From an uncultured delta proteobacterium (GTDB lineage: Bacteria; Myxococcota; Myxococcia; Myxococcales; Myxococcaceae): a stretch of 64,000 nucleotides of DNA. Positions within the stretch are counted from its first letter, which is position 1, and each line of letters starts with the position of its first letter. The notes under the pieces were generated by a model. It made no database searches and was not told the DNA's origin. It saw only the letters and a program-made list of their open reading frames with translations. The DNA is taken from assembly GCA_963776345.1 (NCBI GenBank), contig CAVZMH010000016.1, positions 32,001-96,000 of the forward strand. The letters are read 5' to 3'. The translations under genes and the position numbers were made by a program. Positions 62,640 to 64,000 of the stretch are shown here, piece after piece.

Positions 62640-63566
62640 TCAGCGCGACCGGCGCGCGTCCGGGATTGGGACCCCGGCGTCCTCCCACACCGCGGCGTAG
62701 GGCGGCCCGACGAAGCGGGTGCCCGGCTCGCGGCGGAACCAGGTCCGTTGTCGCTTGGCGTAGCGGCGGGTCTCGAGGAGCGTCTGCCGCTCCGCCTCCT
62801 CGGCGGTCAGGGTCCCGTCGAGCACCGCCAGCGCCTGGCGGTACCCCACGCTCTTCATCGGCGGCGCGTCCCGGAAGCCACGGGCCACCAGCTGCTCGGT
62901 CTCGGCGACGAGGCCACGCTCGAACATCCGACGGGTCCGCTCGGCGATGCGCGCCTCGAGCGCCTCCGGCCCCGGGTCGAGGAAGTGGATCCGCGCCGGG
63001 TACCGGGCGGGGCCGAAGGCGTGGGCGGCCCGGAGCTGCGAGGGCGCCGTCCCAGTGGTGGCGTGAATCTCCAGCGCCCGCACCACCCGGAGCACGTCGG
63101 CGACGGCGAGGCGAGCGGCCGTGTCCGGGTCCACCTCGGCCAGCCGCCGGTGCATCGCCTCCGGGCCCAGCCGGCGCGCCTCCTCCTCCAGCACGCGCCG
63201 CACCTCAGGGTCGGGCGGGGAGTCGGTCAGTCCGTGCAGCAGCGCCCGGATGTAGAGCCCGGTCCCGCCGACGACCAGGACGGGACGGCCGCGGGCGGTG
63301 GCGTCGGCGATGGCCGCATCGGCGAGGGCGACCCAGCGCGCGGCGGAGAACGCCTCGGTGGGCTCGACGATCGAGACGAGGTGGTGAGGCACCCGCGCCA
63401 GCTGCTCGGGGTCGGGTTTGGCCGTGCCCAGGTCGAAGTGCCGGTACACGGCCTGCGAATCGGCGCTGACGATCTCCGCCCCGAGGCGCTCTGCCAGGGC
63501 GACGGCGAGCTCGGTCTTCCCCGCTCCGGTGGGGCCGGCGATGACGATGAGAGCAGGCGTGTTCAG
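62640..63566 (-). CDS. miaA: tRNA dimethylallyltransferase MiaA
   Basis: IAGPTGAGKT and IVSADSQAVYR upstream of the ORF-track start; GTAKP, VGGTGLY, YAKRQRTWF. Start probably CTG, uncertain. Confidence 0.93.
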   Translation of the reverse strand: MNTPALIVIAGPTGAGKTELAVALAERLGAEIVSADSQAVYRHFDLGTAKPDPEQLARVPHHLVSIVEPTEAFSAARWVALADAAIADATARGRPVLVVGGTGLYIRALLHGLTDSPPDPEVRRVLEEEARRLGPEAMHRRLAEVDPDTAARLAVADVLRVVRALEIHATTGTAPSQLRAAHAFGPARYPARIHFLDPGPEALEARIAERTRRMFERGLVAETEQLVARGFRDAPPMKSVGYRQALAVLDGTLTAEEAERQTLLETRRYAKRQRTWFRREPGTRFVGPPYAAVWEDAGVPIPDARRSR

Positions 63567-63648
63567 AGCCAGGCGAGTATCACCGCCGGACCCGTTCGGG
63601 GAGGGGCCACCCTCGCCCCGGGGAGAACCTGCCTCGAGGCTCCTCGCC

Positions 63649-64000
63649 TCAGCGGCGGGCCACGAGCGCCGCCTCGAGCCCGTCGAGCCGCACCGGCACC
63701 GGCTCTCCGCCGGCGAGCGGCTTGAGCTGCCCCTCGCCCGAGGTCAGCTCGCGCGATCCGAGCACCAGGGCGAACACCGCGCCCGACTTGTCGGCCCGCT
63801 TCATCTGGCTCTTCAGGCTCCCGCCGCGGGCGTCGTGGTCCACCCGGTGCCCGGCCTGGCGCAGCCGGCTCACCAGCGCCAGCGCCGCGTCCGCCGCGCC
63901 CTCCTCCGCCACCGCCACGAAGAGCTCGGGCCGCCCGGGCTGCACCACCCCCTTGGCCTGGAGCAGCAGGCACAGCCGGTCCATCCCCAGCGCCCAGCCC
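63649..64000 (-). CDS. hisS: Histidine--tRNA ligase, C-terminal part
   Basis: GWALGMDRL; SLKSQMKRADKSGA anticodon-binding domain. Confidence 0.9.
   Translation of the reverse strand, partial: GWALGMDRLCLLLQAKGVVQPGRPELFVAVAEEGAADAALALVSRLRQAGHRVDHDARGGSLKSQMKRADKSGAVFALVLGSRELTSGEGQLKPLAGGEPVPVRLDGLEAALVARR

Noticed and set aside
63595..63611. GGGGAGGGGCCACC resembling the tRNA-Leu 3' end (possible att duplicate)
   Set aside because: Short, imperfect, inverted and on the wrong side of the tRNA; no att duplicates seen for either tRNA.

Overview
Very GC-rich bacterial chromosome segment whose gene content points to Myxococcota (PilZ-only protein, ECF/anti-sigma cassette, spt cluster; inference). 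A housekeeping backbone (miaB, scoAB/thiolase, rpsA, fbaB, tRNA-Ala, tRNA-Leu, miaA, hisS) alternates with accessory blocks. These blocks are: a branched-chain-type ABC importer with a fused LivG-LivF ATPase; a LytS/LytTR pair with paired AlgR-like boxes; a sigma54-preceded ABC permease; an isobutyryl-CoA-mutase-type icmA/icmB/HMG-CoA-lyase operon divergent from a ceramide operon (spt-bcerS-cerR-second bcerS); a decayed sulfur-handling cassette bounded by two 34-bp direct repeats that sit at the gene truncation points; a cytochrome c/ECF/anti-sigma/Cys-rich lipoprotein cluster; and a compositionally distinct iorA-iorB-ADP-forming acyl-CoA synthetase-tnaA operon downstream of tRNA-Leu. An unexplained 128-bp element with 26-bp terminal inverted repeats lies downstream of rpsA. 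About a dozen single-base frameshifts, many in short homopolymers, look like sequencing/consensus errors. All calls come from reading motifs by eye; no searches were run.
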